Positions 30,901-39,700 of a stretch of 57,488 nt of DNA are shown here, in pieces. Numbering within the stretch: the first letter of the stretch is position 1; every line of letters begins with the position of its first letter. Both the position numbers and the translations under genes were made by a program. The DNA lies in IMG/VR virus record IMGVR_UViG_3300044640_001538. One strand, written 5' to 3'. The notes beneath the pieces were generated by a model. The model did not search any database. It was given only the letters and a program-made list of their open reading frames with translations, and was not told the origin of the DNA. The DNA comes from a virus (Duplodnaviria > Heunggongvirae > Uroviricota > Caudoviricetes).

Positions 30901-33900
30901 ATCTCAACCTACTGTTAGTAGTGAATCTGGTGTAGAAGCTAAAAAAGCTGATGTAAAAACAAAAACTACAAAAGTTATATCTTCTGAAATTGTAGAAAAA
31001 GGTAATAGAAAAGGTCAGACAAGAACAGTAACACAAACCAATACTATAGAAAATGTAGAAGGTACATTGGTAAGTATAACAGAGTATGAAGCAAAAGTTG
31101 GAGACACTGCTGTGACACTAGGTGGTATTACAATGACAGTTAAAGAGTTTAAAGAACAGTTTCCAATGGAGGAAGATTGGGGAGATGTCTTAGAAGGTCT
31201 TGATGATAACTCAAAAATAACAGTAAGAAAAGTAAAAAGGACTCCTACATCTTCAAGATTTGAAAGCGTGGTTAGTATTATGCATCCTGAACTTGGTAAG
31301 ATGGATATAGGATTTGAAAAAAATGATGCTAAATATGATGCAGAAATAGAAGCTTTAGAAGAACAATCAACAGAACTTGATTTAACAGAATCAATAGTTG
31401 AACAAATCAACAAAGAAATTGATTCAATAAACAAAAAAATAGAAAGTTTAAAAAACACAGGAGTAGAAAAAACACCTATTGAAGATGTTGAAGAAAGAAT
31501 TGTAAACGCAACAAAATACTTTGGAAGTGAATATATCGGAGCAGATAATCCAGAAGAAATGGCTAAAAAAAGACCATCTGAAAAGGATATTGAAAGATAT
31601 AGAGAACTAAAACAAAGTAAAGAGATACAAGACTATGAAACAAAAAATCAATTACCTTTAGATACGGCTTTAATAGAAGAATTTGAAAAGCTACAAGACA
31701 AACTTTCTAAATGGAGAGTTTATGATAGTTTAGTTGATGGTCAAGATTCTGTTGCTGATTTATTAGATTTAAGAGAACAATTACTTTGGCAAGAAGATAA
31801 AGAACAAACAGTTGATGAAATTTTAGAAGAAGATTATAAAGATATTTTAGACGAATTTATAAAAGTAAGTGGGACAGTAACAGATTATACTTTAGGAGAT
31901 AATTTCAATTTCCCGCCGACACTAAAAAGATTAGAAAACAATAGAATCAGTTTTTCTTTCCTTAAATTCCCAAGTATCATATCTAAATTTACTAATCCAG
32001 CAGTAACTATTGTATCAAAAGATGGTGACATTTTAGATAACTTTGAAAACTTAGAACAAGGTACAACTGTTATAGTAGAATCTGAAGGTAATACTTTTGA
32101 ATTTGTTTTGGTGGAAAAAGGTAGAATAGAAACAGACAGTAAAAATCTAATTTCTATGAATCTAACAACTTTCTCAATACCTTCTTGGTCGTATGAATTA
32201 ATCTATGAAAAAGTAAATGGAGAGTATAGAACTTTAGAGTCTGATTTTAGAGATGATAATATGGTGGGAGATACTTTCCAATTACAAGAAGGAGATTCTA
32301 TTGAATTGTTTGTAGATGCAAATAACGAATACAACAAACAATTACTAGAAGAAAACGACAAAGATAAATTAGTAAAAGATGTTGTTATTTACGTAGTTAA
32401 AAATGGAGAAAAGTATCAAATATTAAAAGCTTTAGATAAGAATAACAGTAATCCAGAGTTTCAAAAATTAAGAGAGGTCGCCGCAAAAACACTTAAAAAA
32501 GGAAAAAGTAAAGTAATTGCAACAACAAATGTAAGCTATATACATTTAGGATTACCAATAGTAAATGTTGGAGAAAATGGAAAACCAAGTCCAATAGATT
32601 TTACTACAAGTAGTTTAGACCAAGTAGTAACAACAGGATATGCATTTGATGGAGAAATTACTTTGGCGGATAAAACTTTAGAGAAAGATACAAGAAAAAC
32701 ATTTGTATCTAAACTTTCAAAAAACAAACAAGGTAAAAAACTACCAATTGTTGTGATTAAAAGAGGAAAGCATTTAATTGCATATCCAGTATCTTTAAAG
32801 AAATCGCCAAACCCTAAATTAAATGAATTTGATGCAATAGTAAATACAACAGGAGCAACAGACGCAGACAAAGTAAGAGCAGTAAACAATTTATTAATAG
32901 AGAACGGAATTGCACCAAACAAGTTTAATTTAACTTCTTGGGATGTAAATATTTTAGAGGCTATAAAAACTGAATTATCTAATTTACAGCAATTTATTGC
33001 GGCGGACGATTTAGCAAAAACAGAGTACGATAAAAACAGCTTAAAAGAAGATGCTCAAATAGCTTTAGATTTAGATGATATAAAAAGAGTTTTACCAAGT
33101 CAAAAAATAAATTATGATTTAACTACTTTAAAATATCAAGAAAAAGAATTTCAGCCTAAAGAAACAACAGAGGAAGAAGCAAAAGATTTAGTTAAAAAGG
33201 CGTATGATAAAACTACAACAAGTGACGATTATACTAAAATCCAAGATAGTATAAATGAAATGCTTGACAATGGAGCATCTAACCTGGAAATATTAAAATT
33301 CTTAAACAGTTCAAAAATAGGTAAAGAACTGTTAACAGAAGATGCCGAAGAAGTTATTGTAAAAGACGAATTAAAAGTCCCTACTGAAAGTGTAACAGAG
33401 TCTTTAGACGAAGAAACTTGGAATAATTTTGTAGATACAGGTAAAGTTCCAGCTTACGTTGTTTCTAAAATAGCAGAAAAGATAGTAAAAGGCGAAACTT
33501 TAGATGCTAGAGAGTTATCAATAAGACAAGAGTATTCTAAAGAAATAGAAGATATCTTGAACAGTTATAACACACAAACATCAGGCGTTAAAGCTAATAC
33601 TAGTCTTTCTGATGTAAAAAGTTTTGAAACATCTATGGGAAGCGTTTATACTGTACTACCTAACGGTAAAACCCAGAGATTTAAAACAGCTACTGGAAGG
33701 CAAAGCGAACCATCAGACTTAATTGTTTTTGTTAAGTTTGAAAACCCCCAACAAGAACAAAATTTTCTTTCCGCACAAAATAGAGAAAACGGAAGAAAGC
33801 TATATGTAGTTGACTCTAGTGGAAATATGTATGACACTGATGAGCAAATAAAAGGAAAAGATGTGAAACTTGCTATTGTCGAAAGCGGACGAGTTATTGA

Positions 33901-34258
33901 AATAGCAGAAACATCTTTAGAGCCTAAGATAGGTTACAATACGTTTGACCAAAGGAGGTTTGAAAAAAATGGGGAAAAATATAGAAGCACACATTTAGGA
34001 AATGATGTAATTAAAATAAATTATAACTCCCCAAAAGCTATAGCACCAAAAAGAAAAGTAAGTGCTTTGCAACTTGCTGAAGGTGTGGAATACTATAGAA
34101 CTAATGGTACTTTTATTTATAACGGAACATTGTGGGGCTATATAGATGCTAAATTTGGATACACAACTTTAATTAAAAGAGCAAGTGATTCAATGACAGA
34201 AGATTTCTTAAAAGAAGTAGAGAAAATAAAAACCGAAAAAGATTTAAATTGTAACTAA
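27953..34258 (+). CDS. Giant ejection protein (2101 aa) with N-terminal membrane-inserting segments
   Basis: Hydrophobic Gly/Ala segments (LSFTMGTIVSEAIWASATGGASLAV; VVIGGIVGLIGGG), EGLFEEGLQ motif, long coiled coils; single Cys at the penultimate residue. Confidence 0.65.
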   Translation: MDNNADNLLGKIRTQAQSFNVPSSPYNAPSLDYLRPAPINVNKDAGKLKFNEFTNISQDTVFKELSDGSKVSMYKNFIPGTDNNERLAQQQTGWEQVKNGLIKAKLNMDSVILGNTVGFVYGLADWARTGNFNSVYDNSFSNTLADWNTTLNYQLPNYVSQQEKDLSIVGKMGTANFWANDIANGLSFTMGTIVSEAIWASATGGASLAVRLGRLGAGVGRAGRWSKVALGLEKTAEGVRGYKALLNTALDNAVVAGKLSTKTATTLAKTGEVLNTARFIATSSGNEAGIEALHYKREQRENYLDNFEKLNGRAPSQEEISDFEEKLNDSANGVFGANMAILSVSNLATFGKMFNIKTPLKSISTQANKSLFGVGVEKTAEGVYKGLQATKFQKGLGLAYTLTKPFATEGLFEEGLQGATTKTANNWIESSYDPKYMGKTMSLGVASSKALSEQYGSKEGWEEVVIGGIVGLIGGGPTGQFTELKRARKEQEDFVAKGLNTFNSVFAQDVLAERFVLNSRLMSAMDRETDALKKRDAVSAHFANNDAIIANMQFEESDIIGGSADDVYRKFETALNAMSKEEFKQAGVENIEEHKENVLSGLKQVVTDFKKASNYANAVLGSDKIAGNTDYNIKVVKDALVHSWVQGQNASRVMSDELGEIGDIVGTENSKVLNTIQTLEALGKDKTREVSKLGRQYKDLDKKSQALQVEIAKVQAAPKETQGDRVKGNLAQQLQARLVDIEARKASIKTELEGIAKELESNNNQKQVYAEQADINTQTSLLGEFVSVDDLLKVDDNLSKLNSIAESVKNNNKVLYNDLTESIERYQNAKQKLYAYNASVSAIVSGEFKLKTTNNFITSMLNKNKTVDERTGEILNYALENYSKINVTEQARVNNDELLNQAIESIKKGEEVETSIIAEIATKIDKGLKLSAKENTIYNAKQEEVDAAVKRINDTPVAKTEQELKIEELEKRKAELESQKQNVSQPTVSSESGVEAKKADVKTKTTKVISSEIVEKGNRKGQTRTVTQTNTIENVEGTLVSITEYEAKVGDTAVTLGGITMTVKEFKEQFPMEEDWGDVLEGLDDNSKITVRKVKRTPTSSRFESVVSIMHPELGKMDIGFEKNDAKYDAEIEALEEQSTELDLTESIVEQINKEIDSINKKIESLKNTGVEKTPIEDVEERIVNATKYFGSEYIGADNPEEMAKKRPSEKDIERYRELKQSKEIQDYETKNQLPLDTALIEEFEKLQDKLSKWRVYDSLVDGQDSVADLLDLREQLLWQEDKEQTVDEILEEDYKDILDEFIKVSGTVTDYTLGDNFNFPPTLKRLENNRISFSFLKFPSIISKFTNPAVTIVSKDGDILDNFENLEQGTTVIVESEGNTFEFVLVEKGRIETDSKNLISMNLTTFSIPSWSYELIYEKVNGEYRTLESDFRDDNMVGDTFQLQEGDSIELFVDANNEYNKQLLEENDKDKLVKDVVIYVVKNGEKYQILKALDKNNSNPEFQKLREVAAKTLKKGKSKVIATTNVSYIHLGLPIVNVGENGKPSPIDFTTSSLDQVVTTGYAFDGEITLADKTLEKDTRKTFVSKLSKNKQGKKLPIVVIKRGKHLIAYPVSLKKSPNPKLNEFDAIVNTTGATDADKVRAVNNLLIENGIAPNKFNLTSWDVNILEAIKTELSNLQQFIAADDLAKTEYDKNSLKEDAQIALDLDDIKRVLPSQKINYDLTTLKYQEKEFQPKETTEEEAKDLVKKAYDKTTTSDDYTKIQDSINEMLDNGASNLEILKFLNSSKIGKELLTEDAEEVIVKDELKVPTESVTESLDEETWNNFVDTGKVPAYVVSKIAEKIVKGETLDARELSIRQEYSKEIEDILNSYNTQTSGVKANTSLSDVKSFETSMGSVYTVLPNGKTQRFKTATGRQSEPSDLIVFVKFENPQQEQNFLSAQNRENGRKLYVVDSSGNMYDTDEQIKGKDVKLAIVESGRVIEIAETSLEPKIGYNTFDQRRFEKNGEKYRSTHLGNDVIKINYNSPKAIAPKRKVSALQLAEGVEYYRTNGTFIYNGTLWGYIDAKFGYTTLIKRASDSMTEDFLKEVEKIKTEKDLNCN

Positions 34259-36471
34259 TGGCGAATTGTCAAATAAAAAATAACAAGTATTTTGCACCAA
34301 ATGGTGAAGAATCAATCTTATACAACACTTTAGAAAAAGAAGTGGGAAAACAAAAAGCTAAAGATTTATTCATAACAGCTTATACTCCCACTTTTATTTC
34401 GGAAGTTGTAGTACCGAGCATAAAAAATAATTTAAGAAGTCTATCTAACAAGGTAGAATCAATACCTACAAAACCTTTAATAGAGAACAGAAGAACAGTT
34501 GTAAAAAACAATGAAATCTATCTTTATGACGGCAAAACTAAAATAGGTAGAATTAGAATTGATAATTATGCTGATGGTATAAAAGTAAAAGATTCTTTAC
34601 TATCTGCAAATATCCCACAAAATCAAGGGTATGGAACAGAGCTTTATAAAGAAGTTTTAAAATATGCTTTAAAAAACAATGTAAATTTATACTCTGATAT
34701 AAGCCAAGCACCACTTGCAAAAGCTATCTGGAATAAGTTTGTAAGCGAAGGTATAGCACAAGAGAATAATGGTATTTACAAAGTAGATGTTTTAGGCAAT
34801 TCTTTTGATAAAAACGGCGAGATAAAAACTGAAAAAGTATATGAATACTTAAACAGAATTTACACATCTAAAGACCCCTTAAACATAGAGGAAATAGTTG
34901 ACATAAAATCTAGTATGCAAACAGAGTCATCTGAAGAATTATATTTTAAATTAAAGGAAGCATTTTTTAATAAGAAAGGATTATTTTCGCCGACAAAAAA
35001 ATCTTTAAAAGATTCAAAACTATACACAAATATAGAGATAGAAAGAATACTTACAAACGCAAAATTACAGGCAAAAATTAAAGATACAATTCAAAAGCTA
35101 AAAAATACAGAACCGTTTTTTAAAGGTGAAGATGTGGCATTTGAAAAAGAGTTTGTAAGAGAAAGTGCAGAACAAAACGCAGTGGGCAAGTTTAGAATAA
35201 ACAACCCATTAAAAGAAAAGAACCTTTACATAGAGCAAAATGCAGGTAAAAAAAATGTAGACGAGTATATTTTACCAAAAGAAGAATTAGACAAATACAG
35301 CAGAATAAAAGTTATAGATGAGCAAGGACAACCAATGCAAGAAGAACTTATCTACGAAAAGGCAGTAAAAGAAGTTGAGAAAGAGTCAACACCTTACAGA
35401 GGAATTTCAGCTATTGTAAATGCACCTTTAAATGTAGATGTGTTTAAACTTATGAAAAAAGTAGAAAATTGGCTTTTAAGTTACGGTTTAGATATTAAAG
35501 GATTGAAAAGAGAGGGTTATACAGCTTTAAAACAATATCTTGATAATCCAAGTGCCGAAACTAAAGAAAGTCTTTACAGAGCTTTAAATTTCGCCAAAAA
35601 AGATAAAGAAAAGGTATTACTGTTAGAAAACAAAAACAGAACCTATAAATATTTAGAAACTAATAAATCAGAAGAACAGTTATTTGAAGAATTATCTTTA
35701 ATAAAAACAAACACTCCAAATGTCTATCACGAAGTAGTTAAAGTAGATGTAGACCAAATGAGAGAAATAACTAAAGATATTTATTCAAAAGAGTTTGAGC
35801 TTTATAAAAAGTATTTTGGATATGAAAGTATGCAAGAAGTAGAAAGTAGCGTACAAACTAATTTTGAAGGGGATTTAAAGTATTTATTAGGCGATTTTAT
35901 TGCAGATTTTTCGGCGGAAATATTAAAAAACAAAGACAGTAAATTTTACGGAGCTTTTAAAATAACAGACAATGGAATTGAACTAATATCAGAAGATGAA
36001 ATAACTTTAAGAGAAGTGAAAGACTTTGTAAATTCAGATATTAAATTTGCAAAAGAAATAGCAGAATACAGTTTACTTTCTAAAAATATGCCGAATTTAA
36101 AAGAAGACGGCGGGCAAAAAGATAAAGAGCAAGAAAGAATAAAAGCAGTGAATGACATAAACTCTGTAAAAGAAATAGATGGAGATTTCGCACAAATAAG
36201 TAGAGAAATAATCGCGTCAAAAGATGAAACAGTAAGTTTTATAAAACACAAAGGAAATGTATTTGAACTACAAGAAAAATATGGAGATTATAACTTTTAT
36301 GTAATATTAGAAAAAAATAACAATTTAAAATACAATAATTTTAACCCAACATTACCACAATACATAGATGTAACAAACTTCAACATAAAGCAGTCAGATT
36401 TAGAGAATTACGCCAAAATAAATAAGAAGTTTAAAGAAACAGATTTGGGAGATAATTTTACTTGTCTGTAA
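34258..36471 (+). CDS. Ejection/polyvalent protein with GNAT acetyltransferase domain (737 aa)
   Basis: QNQGYGTELY (acetyl-CoA motif A) followed by LYSDISQAPLAKAIWNKF; APNGEESILY N-terminal motif. Confidence 0.65.
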   Translation: MANCQIKNNKYFAPNGEESILYNTLEKEVGKQKAKDLFITAYTPTFISEVVVPSIKNNLRSLSNKVESIPTKPLIENRRTVVKNNEIYLYDGKTKIGRIRIDNYADGIKVKDSLLSANIPQNQGYGTELYKEVLKYALKNNVNLYSDISQAPLAKAIWNKFVSEGIAQENNGIYKVDVLGNSFDKNGEIKTEKVYEYLNRIYTSKDPLNIEEIVDIKSSMQTESSEELYFKLKEAFFNKKGLFSPTKKSLKDSKLYTNIEIERILTNAKLQAKIKDTIQKLKNTEPFFKGEDVAFEKEFVRESAEQNAVGKFRINNPLKEKNLYIEQNAGKKNVDEYILPKEELDKYSRIKVIDEQGQPMQEELIYEKAVKEVEKESTPYRGISAIVNAPLNVDVFKLMKKVENWLLSYGLDIKGLKREGYTALKQYLDNPSAETKESLYRALNFAKKDKEKVLLLENKNRTYKYLETNKSEEQLFEELSLIKTNTPNVYHEVVKVDVDQMREITKDIYSKEFELYKKYFGYESMQEVESSVQTNFEGDLKYLLGDFIADFSAEILKNKDSKFYGAFKITDNGIELISEDEITLREVKDFVNSDIKFAKEIAEYSLLSKNMPNLKEDGGQKDKEQERIKAVNDINSVKEIDGDFAQISREIIASKDETVSFIKHKGNVFELQEKYGDYNFYVILEKNNNLKYNNFNPTLPQYIDVTNFNIKQSDLENYAKINKKFKETDLGDNFTCL

Positions 36472-36487
36472 CAAACATTATAAATAA

Positions 36488-36519
36488 TTTGGATAATTAA
36501 AATAAATGTCGTATATTTG
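36488..36519 (+). promoter_or_regulatory. Bacteroidota sigma70 promoter
   Basis: TTTG-GATAATTAAAATAAATGTCG-TATATTTG. Confidence 0.9.
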
Positions 36520-36536
36520 CGCTCAATCATATAATA

Positions 36537-36746
36537 ATGGTTGGGCGTTTATATTATAAAAATATGCAACATATAACACAGTTATCCTTAACAGATGCAG
36601 AAATAATTGCTTTAAAAGACGCAATAAAAACATATAAAGAGTTTGTAAAAGATAAAATAGAAGACAGAATTGAAGCTCCATATTGGGCAAGATTGGAAGC
36701 AATAAAAAATTTAGAAAGAAAATTAAAACAAGAACATGAGCTGTAA
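36537..36746 (+). CDS. Small helical protein of unknown function (start may be the ATG at 36564)
   Basis: Follows a promoter; overlaps the start of the giant gene by 11 nt. Confidence 0.55.
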   Translation: MVGRLYYKNMQHITQLSLTDAEIIALKDAIKTYKEFVKDKIEDRIEAPYWARLEAIKNLERKLKQEHEL

Positions 36747-39700
36747 ACTGCAAAAGAACGAAAAAAACGGTAAAATAAATAAAGTGTTAAATCAAGCTGG
36801 AAAACCTTCAAAACTTTTCCAACAGATATTTAATACACCAACATTAACCTTAAACCAAGCAATAGATGCTTATAAGAATATCTATTCTGAAAAACTAAAA
36901 GACACTGTTAAGTTTTCTATTGGGCAAAAAGGAATATCAATCCAAGAAGCCGTAAAAAGAAACAACGGAAATCCTTTAAATTTAGCACCAAATGGAAAAC
37001 CCTCTATTTTATACCAATCATATAAAGATTTAGGATATTCTGATAGCGAAGCAGAAAGATTAACAGCACAAACTTTTAGTGATGAGTTTCAAAATTGGTT
37101 TGGTGATTGGATAAATGCAGCTAATTCATTTTTTGATGGCGACATATTGGATAGAAAAGAAGCTATAAAAACTTTCAATTCTAGTTATGTTGTTGATAGC
37201 AATATGCAACCTGCTGTAATGTACCATGGCACACCATCATCTGATATAACAGAATTTGATAGAAATAAAAAAGTAAGAAAAAGCAGTGGTTTAAGGGAAG
37301 TTGCAAACTATTTTACCTCAAATATAAAATTAGCAGAATTATATAAAAAAGCAGAAGTAGATGAGGAATATAGAAATAGTGTAAAAAAAGAAATAACTAA
37401 ACTAAAAGAGTTACAATATAACGTTCGTAACAATAGAGACTATGATAGTATAGAAAATAAAATAAAACTGTCACAAGATAAATTATCTGGAACTATATAC
37501 TCTACATTTTTAAATGTTAAAGAACCGTTTTTAGAAAATGGAAGAGGGTTAGACGAAAGAGCATGGAACAATTTTAGACTACCAATAGGATACAAAACGG
37601 CAAGTAATAAAGCAGATATCTTAGACGCACTTAGTGGTAAAAATGATGCAGCAAGGTTAGATACTAACTATGATGGAGCTATTGTAAGTAATATTGCAGA
37701 TATGGCATCTGGAAAATCCTTATTCACAACAGAAGAATCATCACTTGATGAAGTTAGAGAAGATGTAAAACCTTATATAGGTACAGTTGTTGCGGTATGG
37801 GAGCCAAACCAAATAAAATCAGCAACAGAAAACATAGGAACATTCGGTAGTGAAAGTAATGATATTAGATACCAAATACTTGGAGAAAAGGGTGCACAAA
37901 ATTTAGACCAAATAGAAGAAGCAACTTTTAGAATGGATAACTTACTTGTCGCCAAAGAAATGGAACAAGTAGGCAAAACACCTTTACAAATCCGTTTATC
38001 AACAGGTTGGGAGAAAAACTCAATGGATTTAAAGTGGAGATATGAAATATTAGATGGAAACATAAAACCACTTACAAACTTAAAACCAAACTTAAATATA
38101 AAAGGAATAGGGTATGTATTTGTAACAAATGTTGAAGAAATATTCAACAACGAAGAATTATTTAAAGCATACCCTAACTTAAAACAAACAGAAGTAGTCT
38201 TAATGATGTCCGATAACGAAGCATTCAGGGATTATAAAATGTTTTTTTCAAATGATAAAATATATATAAATTTAAATTACTATGGAAATACAACTGCCTT
38301 GGGCATCGACACCCGAAATGACTTCATTCATGAGCTCCAACATTTTTCTCAACAAATTGAGGGATTTGAAAAAGGAGGTAGCCCTGATGGGTACAGAACC
38401 AGAGCTATTGAGTATCTTAATAAAGTACGAGAGTCAGGCTATACCGAAGCTTCAGAAACAGTGGGCTTTAGAGAAATTGCAAAAGAGTTTGACAACTTTA
38501 TAAAAAACTCGGAATACATTCTTTTCAAGGATATGAATGTAATTACTTCAAATGATGAAAGTATTGATGCTGTATCTTTTTTATATGGTATAGATAGGTA
38601 TGAAAGATTGGCAGGAGAAGTGGAGGCGACGAATGTGGAAAATAGAGTAAACATGTCCGCCGAAGAAAGATTAAACACACTTCTTTCCGAGACACAATCT
38701 ATTCCATTTGAGGACCAATTTATTTCTCAATTTAAAAATGACACACAGGCAATCTTAAATTCGCCGCAAAAAATTGAAAAAGAAGTTTTAGACAGACTAA
38801 AACAAAACGGATTAGCTAACAATGTTTACCAATTAACTACAGCTGAACTTAATAATAAGTTAGAAGAACTTGGAGTAGGAAACACAAAACAAACAGTTAA
38901 CGGTTTTGTACATACAGCAACAGGAGATATTTATTTAAACTCTGATTTAGCTGACAATTCGACACTTATCCACGAATACTCGCACATCTTTTTAGACACA
39001 ATAGAAAAAACTCGTCCAGAACTATATAAAAGAGGAATGGATTTAGTAGAAGAAGAATTAAATAAAGAAGATTCTGATATTAAATCAATAATTGATTTTG
39101 TTACTACAAACCAGCCGTCCTTAAAAGGCGACGCACTAAAAGCTGAAATTTTAGCAGAATTAACAGGTCGCAGAGGTAGTGAACTTTTAGAAAGTTTAAA
39201 AGCTAAAAAAAGTGGTATTTTTGATTGGCTGATTGATATTTGGAATTCCGTAAAAGACATGTTGAATCTTACTTCAGTAACTCCAGAGCAGTTATCTCAA
39301 ATGACTTTGGGCGAATATGCTGATGCTATTACTGTGGATTTAACCATGGGTAAAAAACTATTTGAAGATTCTGTAAGAGGACAAGAAACTAAATTCCAAA
39401 TTATCGGCGAAAAAGGAGCTTCAAGAATAGAAGAATATAACAACCTTTTAAACCAAGCAAAAGAATTAGAAAAACAAGGTGCAACACCAGCAGAAATAGA
39501 AAAACAAACACTATGGTATAAATTTAAAGGACAATGGAGAACCTTACCTAAAGAAATTTTACAAAGCTTTAAAGTTGTATCCAATACAAGAGATAAAATA
39601 TTAACATTAAAAGAGGTAATAGGTGATGACAATGTACTATTTAAATTTTACCCTGAAATTGACAAAACTAAAGTTGTGTTTGTTAGGGAAGGTGTTCAAG

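Noticed and set aside
34240-34270. Terminal ...CN* / MANC as a split intein
   Set aside because: No Hint-domain blocks and no penultimate His-Asn with +1 nucleophile context.
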